This document shows positions 63,050 through 64,000 of a stretch of 64,000 nucleotides of DNA, in pieces. Source of the DNA: an uncultured virus (IMG/VR IMGVR_UViG_3300043443_000226) (lineage: Duplodnaviria > Heunggongvirae > Uroviricota > Caudoviricetes); the IMG/VR virus record IMGVR_UViG_3300043443_000226, one strand, 5' to 3'. Each line of letters opens with the position of its first letter. The stretch's first letter is position 1. The notes under the pieces were generated by a model. That model was not told the DNA's origin. It was given only the letters and a program-made list of their open reading frames with translations, and did no database searches. The position numbers and the translations under genes were made by a program.

Positions 63050-64000
63050 TTAGATTCCTAACAATCGACGTAATTTCAACGATCTAACGTTCCAGACGGG
63101 CTCCTGCTTTTCTTCAGGCGTACCCTCTATATCACCTAGATAGCCTTCTGACAAGCCCGGTCTGATAGGTAGTATCTGAGCAGATTCCTCCACCCTGCTG
63201 CCAGGAGGAACCGGCGGCACCGTTCTTGGGTTAACGGTCAATGTTTGTTCAACTGTTATAGGCGGTGTTTCTACAATTGATTCTGGCGGTGTAAATGGTG
63301 GCTCGATAGGAGGAGGAGGTGGCGTTTCAGGCACAGTTGGCTTCTCTAACTCTTTAATGATTTGTTGCAGCAATTGATCTTCAGGCGTGAGATCAGTAGG
63401 CGGCGAGATCAAGTCTTCTGGCTGCGTAGGTTCAGGCTCTTCTGTGTTGATCTGCGGCGTAGGTTCAGGCGTAGTCTGTATAACTGTTTCAGGCTGAGTC
63501 TGAGTTACAGTCTCTGGTTGTGTTTGAGTCTGAGTTTGTGTTTGAGTTTGCGTCTGTGTTTCTGGTTGCGTCTGCGTGACAGTTTCTGGCTGAGTTTGAG
63601 TTTGTGTTTGGGTTTCAGGTTGCGTCTGAGTCTGTGTAACGGTTTCGGGCTGAACTTGTGTGGCTGTATCTGTAGCTGTTTGCGTACCGGTTTGCGTTGC
63701 AGTATCTGCGGCGGTTGTTGTTGATGTTGCCGTATTGTTAACCGTATCAACAGTTACGTTAGTGCCTGGTGTTAAAACAGTCCCTGCTGTATCGACTGAT
63801 GGAACATTGGTAGCCCCACCATCTTGGGTTAATACAAGTGACGTTCCATCACCATTGTCTTGCAAGACAACGCCTGTTGTTGCATTTGTTGCTGGCGATG
63901 TAGGTTGCGCGACAGAAGGGGCCTGAGCTACATCTGCGGTTACGGTTGGAGTAACTGTAGGTTGTGTAGCAACTTCAGGCTGAACTTGCGTTGCATTATC
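63050..64000 (-). CDS. T/Q/P-rich virion protein, 3' part (starts beyond the right edge)
   Basis: Frame stays open from 63865 to 64000 (DNATQVQPEVATQPT...). Confidence 0.75.
   Translation of the reverse strand, partial: DNATQVQPEVATQPTVTPTVTADVAQAPSVAQPTSPATNATTGVVLQDNGDGTSLVLTQDGGATNVPSVDTAGTVLTPGTNVTVDTVNNTATSTTTAADTATQTGTQTATDTATQVQPETVTQTQTQPETQTQTQTQPETVTQTQPETQTQTQTQTQTQTQPETVTQTQPETVIQTTPEPTPQINTEEPEPTQPEDLISPPTDLTPEDQLLQQIIKELEKPTVPETPPPPPIEPPFTPPESIVETPPITVEQTLTVNPRTVPPVPPGSRVEESAQILPIRPGLSEGYLGDIEGTPEEKQEPVWNVRSLKLRRLLGI
63480..63680 (-). repeat. Coding repeats (TQ)n / QPETVTQ
   Basis: Seen in the translation and as gtttg/gtctg units on +. Confidence 0.85.

Noticed and set aside
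1..64000. tRNA genes, integrase/att sites, introns or inteins, stop-codon reassignment
   Set aside because: No cloverleaf or integrase recognised by eye; pol, RNR, terL and helicase are uninterrupted and of normal length; genes tile densely in the standard code

Overview
The window holds two different tailed-phage genomes joined end to end, each with its own terminase, portal, capsid, tail, internal proteins and lysis genes. Both look like podoviruses. Phage A (1 to ~32-34 kb) is a lytic, bidirectionally organised phage with a T7-type replication arm on + (primase-helicase, Pol A, SSB, 5'-3' exonuclease, resolvase, ThyX, class II RNR) and no phage RNA polymerase; it uses host sigma70-like promoters and has a structural/lysis arm on -. 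Phage B (~34-64 kb) has structural genes on - and an early arm on + (GP88-like Fe-S protein, PAPS-reductase-like protein, YqaJ nuclease, annealase, SSB-like protein, resolvase), but I find no polymerase, primase, helicase, initiator, integrase or repressor. The join lies in a fibre/LamG-lectin module (~32.3-34.8 kb) and may be an assembly chimera. The two phages share small mosaic early genes, basic micro-proteins, fibre repeats and a lysis pair, which suggests a common host. Most notable: (i) a promoter-driven, highly base-paired ~340 nt antisense RNA locus with GGCAAA repeats in phage B (52065-52500), a candidate RNA-based replication or control element; (ii) early mini-genes built from interchangeable DNA modules whose conserved C-termini encode the next gene's ribosome-binding site; (iii) a parS-like palindrome and a 39-bp palindromic array in the phage A control region. 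All family assignments come from motif recognition by eye; no database searches were run.
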